This document shows, piece after piece, positions 21,116-31,092 of a stretch of DNA of 64,000 nucleotides (positions are counted from its first letter, which is position 1; every line of letters starts with the position of its first letter). Under the pieces are notes generated by a model. The model did no database searches. It was not told the origin of the DNA and was given only the letters and a program-made list of their open reading frames with translations. Location: the NCBI GenBank assembly GCA_015061845.1, contig SUVT01000001.1, positions 10,953-74,952 on the forward strand. The letters are read 5' to 3'. The translations under genes and the position numbers were made by a program. The stretch is from Lentisphaerota bacterium (lineage in GTDB: Bacteria > Verrucomicrobiota > Lentisphaeria > Victivallales > UBA1829).

Positions 21116-23214
21116 TAACGGAGTCTTTCTGCAATGATATTCTTCAATTCTTCAAAATATGGACGCAATGGTGCATCATCATACTTGCACTCTTTCATCG
21201 CCAGTAGTTCCGGAATCAAAGCAATCGCTTCGTCAACATTATTTACAAATCTTATGTAAGGCAAATGGCGAATCCACTCGTAAGTACTCTTGATCTTATG
21301 GTTATAATTGGAAAAAGCAATACATGGTGTTCCTGTAATTGCAGAACAAACCATGCCATGTAAACGATCTGTAATTACAAGATTCCCACTGAAATACTGA
21401 TTCAGTTTCTCCTGAATTTCCTTCATCCGTTCCCTTTTGAAAACATCATAAGGCAATTGCATATCCATTTTCTCTATTTCTTCTGAATGGGATTTGCAAG
21501 CCTTGTACAATTTTGTTTGATCATCCTGAGATAAAATCTTTTCAACATCATCCCTCATGCACCAGAGAATTTTGTTCTCAATGCGCGCCACAGTCCGTTC
21601 CGGTCTCTTGCTGAAAACAATATCAGGAATCAGGAAACTTGCTGCATTAAAATTCTTCTGAGCGAAGTCATATGAGACTTTTTCTCTGGCACAAATGGAA
21701 ATATTTTCCGCACCATCTATGATTTTTTTTGCTTCTGCAAGAAATCTCTTTCCATCATCACTGTCGGAATAGTCTATTGTCTGCGGGAACATTATGATTG
21801 GGTTATTTCTCCAATTTTTGAGAATATCCATACGGGTATTTTCTGCAAATGGATATGCATCGCCCCAATTCCCACCTCCGGGCGTAACGATAAGATCCTT
21901 TTCTGTAATATATTTTAGTAAGAATGGACGGTATATGCTATATTCCGGTGCAGAAATTTCCAATAAACTGTATTCAGGAAAATGCTTCTTAAAAAATTCT
22001 GTAACTGCTGAATTGATCAGATGATCCCCAACATTCCCGAATTCTTCTGTCCCAAGGTAAAAAATCCGTTTGGGATTTTTCAGGAAATCTTTCAGTTTTT
22101 GCTCTGCATTTTTTTGATCTCTGCTGTAATTCTTAAACAAGCGTGGATGGAAAGTCAATTCCTGCAGAATTCTTGAAAAAATTTTGAATCGTAAAAAATT
22201 ACCCGTCAGAAGATATTTTATAAAGGCTTTGTTCTGTACAACAGTAAAATAAGGCATAAATCCTATTGAGGAGAATAGGCTGCATGCCTTTTTCAGATTT
22301 GATTCAAAAAAACAAAAATTTGGTATATTCCGACAAACATCATCGGGAAGATTCTCTATCCCTACAACCTTACACCGTCTTTCTATCTCAGGTCTTAATA
22401 TAGCATAATGAATTAATGGATAATTCCGCAACAGGCACACACTGTCTGTCTGCTTGTAATGTTCATATAGAGCTTCTGACAACAGAGAAAAACGGGAAAT
22501 ATTATTTTTTTTCAGATCATTTCCCATTATAGAATCTTCTCTGATCACATAATAATATAAAACATCTTTTATGCAAACCAGTTGATCAATATGAGCTAAA
22601 TAACAAAGTGAAAAATACAAATCTTCTGCAAAAATTTTGCGGTTATCAACAAAACGGAGATGATGTTTATCAATGATCTTTTTTACGAAAATCCGACTCC
22701 ATGCCTCCCAGGCAATTGTATATCTACAGAATTTTTCCACGATGAATTTCATACGATCTTCATCGTTCACGAATGCATGTTTATGAGTCTCGAGATTGCT
22801 TGGTTCCAGCTTTTCTCCCCGCACAAAATAATAGTTGAACGCAACCAGCTGATTCCCCCGTTCTAAATAAGGAACAACGGTTTCAAGTAAGTTTTCTTTG
22901 ATGTAATCATCGCTGTCAAAGAAATATATATAATCGCCTGTTGCAACATCCAAACCTGCATTCCGGGCTGAAGAAAGACCTCCATTTTCTTTGTGAATCA
23001 CATGGATGCGGGAGTCTTTTGTCAGCCATTCATCACACATCCGACCGGAATTATCCGTTGAACCGTCATCAACCAAAATAATCTCCGTATTGCGATACGT
23101 TTGATTACATGCAGATAAAACAGCCCTGTCGAGATACGCTTCGACATTATAGACAGGAATAATAATACTGACTTTTTTCATATTTAATTTTTCAATGATC
23201 AATGCTTTCATCAA
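21115..23214 (-). CDS. Fusion: GT2 glycosyltransferase + polysaccharide pyruvyl transferase (EpsI-like)
   Basis: N-terminal IIIPVYN/DDGSTD/FFDSDD; C-terminal NVGD, GGGNWGD, FPQT, ARE, TDRLHGM. Confidence 0.88.
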   Translation of the reverse strand: MMKALIIEKLNMKKVSIIIPVYNVEAYLDRAVLSACNQTYRNTEIILVDDGSTDNSGRMCDEWLTKDSRIHVIHKENGGLSSARNAGLDVATGDYIYFFDSDDYIKENLLETVVPYLERGNQLVAFNYYFVRGEKLEPSNLETHKHAFVNDEDRMKFIVEKFCRYTIAWEAWSRIFVKKIIDKHHLRFVDNRKIFAEDLYFSLCYLAHIDQLVCIKDVLYYYVIREDSIMGNDLKKNNISRFSLLSEALYEHYKQTDSVCLLRNYPLIHYAILRPEIERRCKVVGIENLPDDVCRNIPNFCFFESNLKKACSLFSSIGFMPYFTVVQNKAFIKYLLTGNFLRFKIFSRILQELTFHPRLFKNYSRDQKNAEQKLKDFLKNPKRIFYLGTEEFGNVGDHLINSAVTEFFKKHFPEYSLLEISAPEYSIYRPFLLKYITEKDLIVTPGGGNWGDAYPFAENTRMDILKNWRNNPIIMFPQTIDYSDSDDGKRFLAEAKKIIDGAENISICAREKVSYDFAQKNFNAASFLIPDIVFSKRPERTVARIENKILWCMRDDVEKILSQDDQTKLYKACKSHSEEIEKMDMQLPYDVFKRERMKEIQEKLNQYFSGNLVITDRLHGMVCSAITGTPCIAFSNYNHKIKSTYEWIRHLPYIRFVNNVDEAIALIPELLAMKECKYDDAPLRPYFEELKNIIAERLR

Positions 23215-24311
23215 GGGATCAATTTACGACGGATTTTTCCCGCTGTTGCTCTGAACTTGAAATAAATGCGCTTACTCTGATATTTAGTCTCAAACCAGAA
23301 CTTTTCAATAGCATTGTATTCCCGGTTACTTTCACACAATCTCGAGGAAAAAAACTCTTTTACTTCAGGTGTTAACCATTCGGTATTATCAGTACAAACT
23401 CGATTTCTGAGTTCTGCATAACACGGAGTTTTTAATTCAGGGATAGCCCCAAATGTAAGAAAAGCATGACTATTGTAACAATGGGGCATTGCACAATGAC
23501 AACCTACTGGTTTTTGAGGAAAGGGCTTATCTATATTATCAAAAATATTTCCTATTTTCCGTTCATAGTTACAACCGTATAAGTCGCCATTAATCAAATC
23601 TATGACATACGACCAAACTCCAGCATAACAAAATTCTTTTCTTTTTACATAAAATGTTTCTGATTTAAATCTGAACAGCTCAGAATCAAATATACTCCAA
23701 GTCTTTTTATAATCTTCATAACAGAGGTCAGAAAGGACGTTGAACCCCGTTATTTCATTGCGAGCAACAGTTAAATGACACATTGCCCCAACGCGTTCAA
23801 TACACATATTTTTCAGCTTATCAATGTAAGGTATCAATTCATCAGAAGGAGTAACTTCAACTGTAAATGAAACCTTATTTTCTTTCATCAAATTTACGTT
23901 ATAGAAAAATGTATCAAACATGTTCAGTCTTTCCATTTCAAGGTAGTGAAATGAAAATTTAATCATCAACCGTTTTCTTATTTCTATAGGCCATTTTGCT
24001 ATTTCTTCAAACCGATTTTTCAATGTACCATTTGTAACGATCATTACATAATGGCCTTCTTCCAATAACGCTTTAGAAGCAAATAAGATATCCTCTGTAA
24101 GCAAAGTCTCGCCACTTGCACAAACATTTATCACACAAGGACCCCCTAATCGTTTTTTTGAAAAGGCTTTACGGATAATTTCCGGAGGATACTTGAGAGG
24201 TATCGGCTTTTGCAAAAAACGCCGATGCTGAGTTATATAACAATAATGACAGCGTAGGTTGCAAGCTTCACTTGAAATATAACAATCAATAAAGAGTTTT
24301 ATCTTTCCCAT
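23211..24311 (-). CDS. Radical SAM protein with Cys-rich C-terminus
   Basis: CNLRCHYC (CX3CX2C), GET, VTNG; CYAG...C...CHC..PHC tail. Confidence 0.85.
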   Translation of the reverse strand: MGKIKLFIDCYISSEACNLRCHYCYITQHRRFLQKPIPLKYPPEIIRKAFSKKRLGGPCVINVCASGETLLTEDILFASKALLEEGHYVMIVTNGTLKNRFEEIAKWPIEIRKRLMIKFSFHYLEMERLNMFDTFFYNVNLMKENKVSFTVEVTPSDELIPYIDKLKNMCIERVGAMCHLTVARNEITGFNVLSDLCYEDYKKTWSIFDSELFRFKSETFYVKRKEFCYAGVWSYVIDLINGDLYGCNYERKIGNIFDNIDKPFPQKPVGCHCAMPHCYNSHAFLTFGAIPELKTPCYAELRNRVCTDNTEWLTPEVKEFFSSRLCESNREYNAIEKFWFETKYQSKRIYFKFRATAGKIRRKLIP

Positions 24312-24318
24312 TTTAGAT

Positions 24319-25599
24319 TTATCCTTTCGTAATTTCCAGTTTATTATTATATACGTGTCCCCAATACTTACTTAACCATGGCATATTATTATTAAAACCA
24401 TCTTTGGGTTCCACATCGAAAATTACGATGTTATGCATTCCGTCCAAATAACAATCTGTGCCGAATTCATTTACCTGATATAAAATCATATTCAGTGCAT
24501 ATCTTCCCGGGGCAAGCATACTGGTATCAAGGGTAAATTCTGTCGAATTTATTGTTTGAGCTTCTATAGCTATATTTTGCGAAGAAGTTCCCATCATAAC
24601 AGGAATATCGTCTATACTTTTTATTATAATCCTCAAATGCGCATTTTGATAGTCATTTTTGCTTGTAAATTTTATCAAAGCTGAGATTTTTTCTCCAACT
24701 GTATATTTTGCGTATTCTCGATCAGTCAAACAGATAGACTGAAAAGATGCATTATGAGAAGAAAACTCCGGAGGACGTATTACATTTGAAAGATCTACAA
24801 AAGCAGGAGAACATTCATATTCGCCCAAATACATGGCTATCGCCTTTTCTGTCTCTCCATAAAACGCAACCCGCCCCTGCTTTAATACCATACATTTACT
24901 GCATAACTGGCGGATCGTGTTCATGTTATGACTAACATAAAGAACTGTTCTTCCCTGACAGTTAGCGGCATCATCCATCTTTCCCAGACATTTCTGCTGG
25001 AACTTCATATCTCCCACCGCCAAAACTTCGTCCATGATCATAATTTCACTGTCAAGGTGTGCTGCAACAGAGAAAGCCAGTTTCACATACATTCCGGAAG
25101 AATAACGTTTGACTGGTGTATCAATAAACTTGGCAATTTCTGCAAATTCTACGATCTCATCAAATTTTTTGCTGATTTCAGCCTTGCTCATTCCGAGAAT
25201 CGCACCGTTCATATAGATATTTTCACGCCCCGTCAATTCTGGGTGGAATCCTGTCCCGACTTCCAGCATAGAGGCAATTCTGCCGTTAAACTGAATCAAA
25301 CCTTTACTTGGTCCGGTCACCCGGGAAAGAATTTTCAGTAAGGTGGATTTTCCGGCTCCATTATGACCAATGATTCCAAGGGCTTCCCCTTTTTTCACTT
25401 CAAAAGAGACATCATCCAAGGCAAGAAAACGTTCCCCGATCTTGATATCTGTACGCTGTCCGATTTTAGCATTGGGATCCTCTTTATGGCGAATTTTCGC
25501 CCACAGCGTCTGCAGGTCTCCGCGCAATGTTCCCCCGCCGATTGCTCCTAAACGGTACTCCTTGGAAAGATGATCAACTTTGATTGCAATATCACTCAT
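24319..25599 (-). CDS. wzt: Polysaccharide ABC exporter ATP-binding subunit with C-terminal Wzt_C domain
   Basis: GHNGAGKST, YSSGM, DEVLAVGD, VSH. Confidence 0.95.
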   Translation of the reverse strand: MSDIAIKVDHLSKEYRLGAIGGGTLRGDLQTLWAKIRHKEDPNAKIGQRTDIKIGERFLALDDVSFEVKKGEALGIIGHNGAGKSTLLKILSRVTGPSKGLIQFNGRIASMLEVGTGFHPELTGRENIYMNGAILGMSKAEISKKFDEIVEFAEIAKFIDTPVKRYSSGMYVKLAFSVAAHLDSEIMIMDEVLAVGDMKFQQKCLGKMDDAANCQGRTVLYVSHNMNTIRQLCSKCMVLKQGRVAFYGETEKAIAMYLGEYECSPAFVDLSNVIRPPEFSSHNASFQSICLTDREYAKYTVGEKISALIKFTSKNDYQNAHLRIIIKSIDDIPVMMGTSSQNIAIEAQTINSTEFTLDTSMLAPGRYALNMILYQVNEFGTDCYLDGMHNIVIFDVEPKDGFNNNMPWLSKYWGHVYNNKLEITKG

Positions 25600-25608
25600 C
25601 TTGTCACC

Positions 25609-26463
25609 TCAAATCGTATCCATAAATGTTTTTTCAACACGGCTGAACATCATCACACCCAGTGTAAAAATCACAACCGTCACCAACCAGCTGATACCGT
25701 AATAATGCCAATTCATTTCACCGATCCCAAGAAAAGCATGACGGAATCCGTTAATGATCGGTGTCATCGGGTTCAACATGTAAAGTCCCTTATATTTTGC
25801 CGGAACAATGTTGATATCATAAGCAACAGGAGTTCCATACATCCAGAGCTGTATTCCAAAACCAACCAGCATCGCAAGGTCACGATATTTGATCGTCAAA
25901 GCTGAAATGATCACACCGCAACCAAGCCCCAACAAAGCCATGTGAACGATAAAAACAGGTGCCATCAACATATAAATATTAGGCGAAACAGCACCTTTAT
26001 ACCAGTAATAACCAAGAAACGCTGAAAACATAATACCTTGAATCAAAAACGGTATCATATTCGTTAAAACTGTTGAAATCGGCATAACCAGACGGGGAAA
26101 GTAAACTTTTCCGAGAATTCCGACATTTCCGATAAATGTATTTGCTGTTTGAGTCAAACATCCTGCAAAATAGCCCCATGCCACCGTTCCGCTCATGAAG
26201 AATACGAATGCCGGCGTTCCTTTTGCAGAGAGACCTGCCAGATTCCCGAAAATCACTGTAAAAACAACCGTTGTCAGCAACGGCTGGATAATTGCCCAGG
26301 CAGGCCCTAAAATAGTCTGTTTATAGAGAGCAACAAAATTCCGTCTCACAAACAATAACATCAAATCCCGGTATTTCCATAATTCACGGAAGTTGATGTC
26401 TAACCAACCGTTCCGGGCTGTTATCGTTGTTTCAAATTGTTCTTCTGTTTGCATCTTATGCAC
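25609..26463 (-). CDS. wzm: Polysaccharide ABC exporter permease
   Basis: ELWKYRDL, YKQTILG, KVYFPR, LNPMTP. Confidence 0.95.
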   Translation of the reverse strand: MHKMQTEEQFETTITARNGWLDINFRELWKYRDLMLLFVRRNFVALYKQTILGPAWAIIQPLLTTVVFTVIFGNLAGLSAKGTPAFVFFMSGTVAWGYFAGCLTQTANTFIGNVGILGKVYFPRLVMPISTVLTNMIPFLIQGIMFSAFLGYYWYKGAVSPNIYMLMAPVFIVHMALLGLGCGVIISALTIKYRDLAMLVGFGIQLWMYGTPVAYDINIVPAKYKGLYMLNPMTPIINGFRHAFLGIGEMNWHYYGISWLVTVVIFTLGVMMFSRVEKTFMDTI

Positions 26464-26469
26464 CTTATG

Positions 26470-27396
26470 TTATTTTGAAAAATACCAATCTTTGGTCAAA
26501 GCCAAGCCGTCACGGATATTGCATTTGACGGAATAACCAAGTTTTTCTTTTGCTTTGCTGATGTCAGCAAAGGAATGCGGAATATCCCCTTTCCGGGGGT
26601 CGCCGTGGATCGGTTCGATCCCGGTTCCTTCGCTCAAATATTCAAACAGCTGATTCAGACTCGTCCGTTCACCGCAGGCTATGTTGTAAACAGTGTTCAC
26701 ATGCGCCGTTTTCAATGCAAGCAGGTTCGCTTGAACCACATTGTCGATATAAGTAAAATCCCGGCTGAAACTGCCGTCGCCATTGATGACTGGGCGTTCT
26801 CCACGCTGCAGCAGCATGATGAATTTCGGAATCACTGCAGCATACGCTCCGTTGGGGTCCTGACGTTTGCCAAACACGTTGAAATAACGCAAGCCAATCG
26901 TTTCAAAACCATAAACCCGATTGTAATTTTCCGCAACCAATTCATTCATCTGTTTGCTTAAAGCGTACGGACTCAAGGCTTTACCGGTGAACTCCTCCAC
27001 TTTCGGTAAATGCTCATCATCGCCATAAACAGAGGAACTGGAAGCATAAATAAACCGTTTCACGCCAGCCAGACGCGCAGCTTCAATCATGTTGCAGAAG
27101 CCCTGCACATTCACCTCAAAACTGGCTTGCGGGTTCGCAACGGAACGGGGAACGCTCCCCAGTGCCGCTTCATGGAAAACATAATCACAGCCCGCAACCG
27201 CTTTTTTGCAGGTCTCGAAATCACGGATATCGCCCTCGATCAGCGTAAAGTCCGGATTTCCGGCGCATTGGCTCAAATTTTCACGCTTTCCGGTGGAAAA
27301 GTTGTCAAGCACAACGACTTGATCGCCCTGCTCCAGCAAGGCATCCACAAGATTGGAACCGATGAAACCGGCTCCTCCTGTCACACAAATTTTCAT
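26470..27396 (-). CDS. NAD-dependent UDP-hexosamine(uronate) 4-epimerase (WbpP/TviC-like SDR)
   Basis: Start moved to ATG 27396 (MKICVTGGAGFIG); AALGSVPRS, YALSK, LRYFNVFG. Confidence 0.9.
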   Translation of the reverse strand: MKICVTGGAGFIGSNLVDALLEQGDQVVVLDNFSTGKRENLSQCAGNPDFTLIEGDIRDFETCKKAVAGCDYVFHEAALGSVPRSVANPQASFEVNVQGFCNMIEAARLAGVKRFIYASSSSVYGDDEHLPKVEEFTGKALSPYALSKQMNELVAENYNRVYGFETIGLRYFNVFGKRQDPNGAYAAVIPKFIMLLQRGERPVINGDGSFSRDFTYIDNVVQANLLALKTAHVNTVYNIACGERTSLNQLFEYLSEGTGIEPIHGDPRKGDIPHSFADISKAKEKLGYSVKCNIRDGLALTKDWYFSK

Positions 27397-27397
27397 C

Positions 27398-28684
27398 TTA
27401 TAATCTGCCGTCAACTTGCTCTTTCGGCAGGATTCCTTTGATATCATAAACAACGGCATCGCCATCAGAGAACTGTGCAATATCAAGCGTTATAAACTCT
27501 TTATGAGCAACTGCTAACACAATTGCATCGTAGTTTTTCAATTGCAGTTTTGAAACGTCCTGAACGGACTCAACTCCATACTCTTTTTTCACTTCTGCGG
27601 GGTCGGCTTTCGGATCGAATACATCCACCTGACAGCCGAACTCCTGCAAGCCGTAAACCACGTCTATGGCATGACTGTTCCGGATATCCGGACAGTTCTC
27701 CTTGAACGTGATCCCAAGCTGTAACACCTTACCATCCTTGACTTTACGGTCTTTTTTGATCAGCAGTTTCACGATCTCTGCCGCAATATATTTTCCCATG
27801 CCGTCATTGATCCGGCGTCCGGCTAAAATCACTTCGGGCAAATAGCCTAAAGACTGGGCTTTATGGGTTAAATAATAAGGATCAACGCCGATACAATGCC
27901 CACCGACCAAGCCCGGTTTGAACGGTAGAAAGTTCCATTTTGTACCGGCTGCTGCCAAAACTTCATGAGTGTCAATGCCGATCAGATGGAAGATTTTTGC
28001 GAGTTCGTTGACGAATGCGATATTCAAATCGCGCTGGCTGTTTTCAATCACTTTTGCCGCTTCCGCAACCTTGATGGAACTGGCTTTATGGGTTCCGCTT
28101 TTCAGAATACTGTTGTAAAGCGCATCCACGATTTCCGCTGTTTCCGGCGTGGAACCGGAGGTGATTTTCAGGATTTTCGTAAGCGTATGTTCCTTATCGC
28201 CGGGGTTGATCCGCTCCGGTGAATACCCGCAGAAAAAGTCCTGATTGAACTTCAATCCGCTGAATTTTTCCAGAACCGGCACACACTCTTCCTCGGTACA
28301 ACCCGGGAAAACGGTGGATTCATAAACGACGATTGTGCCCGGTTTCATCACTTTTCCGACCGTTTCGCTGGCACGGTAAAGCGGTGTCAGATCCGGACGG
28401 TTGTACTTATCCACGGGTGTCGGAACAGTAACGATGAAGAAATCCCGGTCGCGCAGATCTTCCGGATCGGAGCTGTAACGCAATCTTACCGCAGATTTCA
28501 GCTCTTCAGTGGAGGTTTCGCAGGTCACATCCTCAAAGTTCCGCAACGCATTCAAGCGGGATTCTTTGACATCGAACCCAACGACATCGAACTTTTTCCC
28601 GAACTCAACAGCCAACGGAAGACCGACATAACCAAGTCCGATCACGCCGATTTTCAATTCAAATTTTTGGATTTTCTCAAGCAT
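27398..28684 (-). CDS. UDP-N-acetylhexosamine dehydrogenase (TviB/WbpO-like)
   Basis: GLGYVGLP, YSPERINPGD, GGHCIGVDP, FKENCPD. Confidence 0.93.
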   Translation of the reverse strand: MLEKIQKFELKIGVIGLGYVGLPLAVEFGKKFDVVGFDVKESRLNALRNFEDVTCETSTEELKSAVRLRYSSDPEDLRDRDFFIVTVPTPVDKYNRPDLTPLYRASETVGKVMKPGTIVVYESTVFPGCTEEECVPVLEKFSGLKFNQDFFCGYSPERINPGDKEHTLTKILKITSGSTPETAEIVDALYNSILKSGTHKASSIKVAEAAKVIENSQRDLNIAFVNELAKIFHLIGIDTHEVLAAAGTKWNFLPFKPGLVGGHCIGVDPYYLTHKAQSLGYLPEVILAGRRINDGMGKYIAAEIVKLLIKKDRKVKDGKVLQLGITFKENCPDIRNSHAIDVVYGLQEFGCQVDVFDPKADPAEVKKEYGVESVQDVSKLQLKNYDAIVLAVAHKEFITLDIAQFSDGDAVVYDIKGILPKEQVDGRL

Positions 28685-29705
28685 TTTTTGAGATCAATTC
28701 TTTTACGCGCTGTTCTTCGGAAAGCGGACAAACCAACACAGCATCACCAGACTGGATAAAAGCGATATCGTGCATTCCAATTACACCCAACGTAATATCG
28801 CTGTCACCAATGATGACATTGTCATGAGAATCCAGAGAGATAACATTGCCTTTGGTCACATTACCATTTTCATCCAACGGGAACAAGGAACGCAAACTGC
28901 TCCAGGAACCAATATCGTTCCAGCGGAAATCGGCTTTTCCTACTTTCACGTTCACTGCGTTTTCCATGATGGCATAGTCAATGGAAATACTCTTACAATC
29001 AGCAAAATCTTTATGGAAGTCAGCACCATTCCCCCACGCAGAAATCTTCTCTGCCAAATCCGGACAATGTTGCTGAAACGCTTTTTCGATCACATCTGTT
29101 CGCCAGATAAAAATCCCGCTGTTCCAGAAATAATTACCGTCACGCAAAAACTCTTCAGCGGTTTTCCGGTCTGGTTTTTCTTTGAACTCCAAGACATCGG
29201 CAAAACCATTCTCAAAATCTCCGGCGTGAATGTAGCCATAACCGGTTGACGGCATATAGGGAATGACACCCAACGTCACCAAAGAACCGGACTGAGCAAT
29301 TTTCGCAGCTTCTAAAACTGTCGATTGGAATTTTTTTGCCGGGGAAATCACATGATCTGCCGGAAGCAGGACCATTGTTGACTCCGGATCACGCTGTTTC
29401 AACAGAGCTGTTGCCAATGCAACGCAGGGTGCAGTATTCCGTCCAACGGGTTCGCCAATTACATTTTCAGCAGGAATCGGCAATAATTCCCGGGTCTGTT
29501 CCACAAAATCCTGATTTGTGATCACCAGAATCCGTTCCGGGGGCAGTAACGGAAACAGCCGCTGAACGGTTTCCTCAATCAAAGATTTTTCACTTACCAA
29601 CGGCAAAAACTGCTTTGGACGGTTCCAGCGTCCGACGGGCCAGAAACGTTCTCCGCGCCCGCCAGCCATAATGACCGCATACAAATGTGAAATGTCAAAA
29701 TTCAT
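28677..29705 (-). CDS. manC: Mannose-1-phosphate guanylyltransferase
   Basis: MAGGRGERFWP, PKQF, EPVGRNTAP, FKEKP, WNSG, SIDYA, WNDIGSW. Confidence 0.93.
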   Translation of the reverse strand: MNFDISHLYAVIMAGGRGERFWPVGRWNRPKQFLPLVSEKSLIEETVQRLFPLLPPERILVITNQDFVEQTRELLPIPAENVIGEPVGRNTAPCVALATALLKQRDPESTMVLLPADHVISPAKKFQSTVLEAAKIAQSGSLVTLGVIPYMPSTGYGYIHAGDFENGFADVLEFKEKPDRKTAEEFLRDGNYFWNSGIFIWRTDVIEKAFQQHCPDLAEKISAWGNGADFHKDFADCKSISIDYAIMENAVNVKVGKADFRWNDIGSWSSLRSLFPLDENGNVTKGNVISLDSHDNVIIGDSDITLGVIGMHDIAFIQSGDAVLVCPLSEEQRVKELISKNA

Positions 29706-29717
29706 ACTTCGACAAAA

Positions 29718-30860
29718 TCAATTATTTCCATAACAGGGAACGACTTTTATGGCATTTGGGATCTTCTGATCGGAAATTAAGATCCAATAACCGCCACCGC
29801 CGCAACCGCTGACCTTCCAGCCGTAAGCCTTGTCTTTGTACTCTTCAATAGCGGCACGCATTTCATTGGTGATCATTGCCGGATACATCTCAATTTGTGC
29901 GGCAAAACAATCTTTTGTTGCTTCGCCCCAAGCCTTTACATCACGATTCTGAATCGCTTTCCAAGCCCGTTCAGTGGCATCTGCCAACTTCTTTGCGCTG
30001 ACAGCATTGATGTTGGTATTGCCAAGAACGTCATAATCTTTTTTCCGCTGCGGCAATGAAACCAGCCAGAGATTCTTTGTCACAAAATCCAAGGTTTCAT
30101 GATCGGTTTTTGATTCAATGGAAACGGGCCAGTAACCGTTATCGTAATTCAATTTGTTCAAGCCGGGGAGCAGCATTCCAAGCTGATCCTGAGATCCGCT
30201 GATTGCTTTTGTTCCCGGAGGATTTTCCACACAGAAAAGCAAATGCGCCAACTCTTCACGGTTTCCAACAGGAATCTGAGTCTGCCACATCTGAACAGCT
30301 TTTTTACGGGAGCTTGTCGCCATACCGGCTTTGTCATTGAACTCAATAGTCGGCTCAATGGACAATGTGATCACCGGTCCGGGACAAAGAGAATTGACAG
30401 ACGGCTGATCCAGCCAGCCGCCGCAGAGTTCCACACGGTAAGGGATCCGGCATTCCTGTCGGAGAGATGTGGTTGACCGGGCAGGCAATCCGGCTTCCGG
30501 AATCCGTTCACTGACAACAAGTTCGATTCCAAGCTCATCACAAAATTCTTTCTTTGCCGGAGTATAGCCATCGGTATTCACAAAGAAATAATCCGGCTTG
30601 AGTTCCCGAACTTCGTTGACAAAATCCATGATCCCGGAACCGGAACTGATCCAGGCATCTTTTACGCAGCGTAATGCTTTTACCATGTAAAGGCGTTCTG
30701 CGTTGTTATTGATCGTACGGCGTCCTTTTAGTTCCCAGATCGTTTCATCAGAGCCGAGTCCGACATACAAATCACCAAGTTTTGCGGCTTCTTCAAAGAA
30801 TGCAACATGACCGCTGTGAAGCATGTCGTAACATCCTGATACAAACACTTTTTTAGGCAT
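29718..30860 (-). CDS. Fusion: cytidylyltransferase (HxGH) + GHMP-kinase-like domain
   Basis: SGCYDMLHSGH, RSTT; then PYRVELCGGWLD, GMATS, KVSGCGGGG. Confidence 0.85.
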   Translation of the reverse strand: MPKKVFVSGCYDMLHSGHVAFFEEAAKLGDLYVGLGSDETIWELKGRRTINNNAERLYMVKALRCVKDAWISSGSGIMDFVNEVRELKPDYFFVNTDGYTPAKKEFCDELGIELVVSERIPEAGLPARSTTSLRQECRIPYRVELCGGWLDQPSVNSLCPGPVITLSIEPTIEFNDKAGMATSSRKKAVQMWQTQIPVGNREELAHLLFCVENPPGTKAISGSQDQLGMLLPGLNKLNYDNGYWPVSIESKTDHETLDFVTKNLWLVSLPQRKKDYDVLGNTNINAVSAKKLADATERAWKAIQNRDVKAWGEATKDCFAAQIEMYPAMITNEMRAAIEEYKDKAYGWKVSGCGGGGYWILISDQKIPNAIKVVPCYGNN

Positions 30861-31092
30861 TATCTCTTCCCGGTTCAGTTTGAAGCTATGTTTTGAATTT
30901 ATATCGCGACAGAAATTTTACAATCTTCTTAAATACAAGCGGTAATGCCCCCCAAAAAACGAATATTCGGCAGAATTTTTTCGGATAAAAGGAACAGAAC
31001 CGACGGTGGAAACAGAGTTTACTTTACAGAAAAAATCATTTTATGAAAACTACTCCAGATGAGCTTGCAGCTCTTCTCTCCAGTGTGTCCAT

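Noticed and set aside
27397-27486. Upstream extension of the epimerase ORF
   Set aside because: Overlaps the dehydrogenase gene; the Rossmann motif starts at ATG 27396
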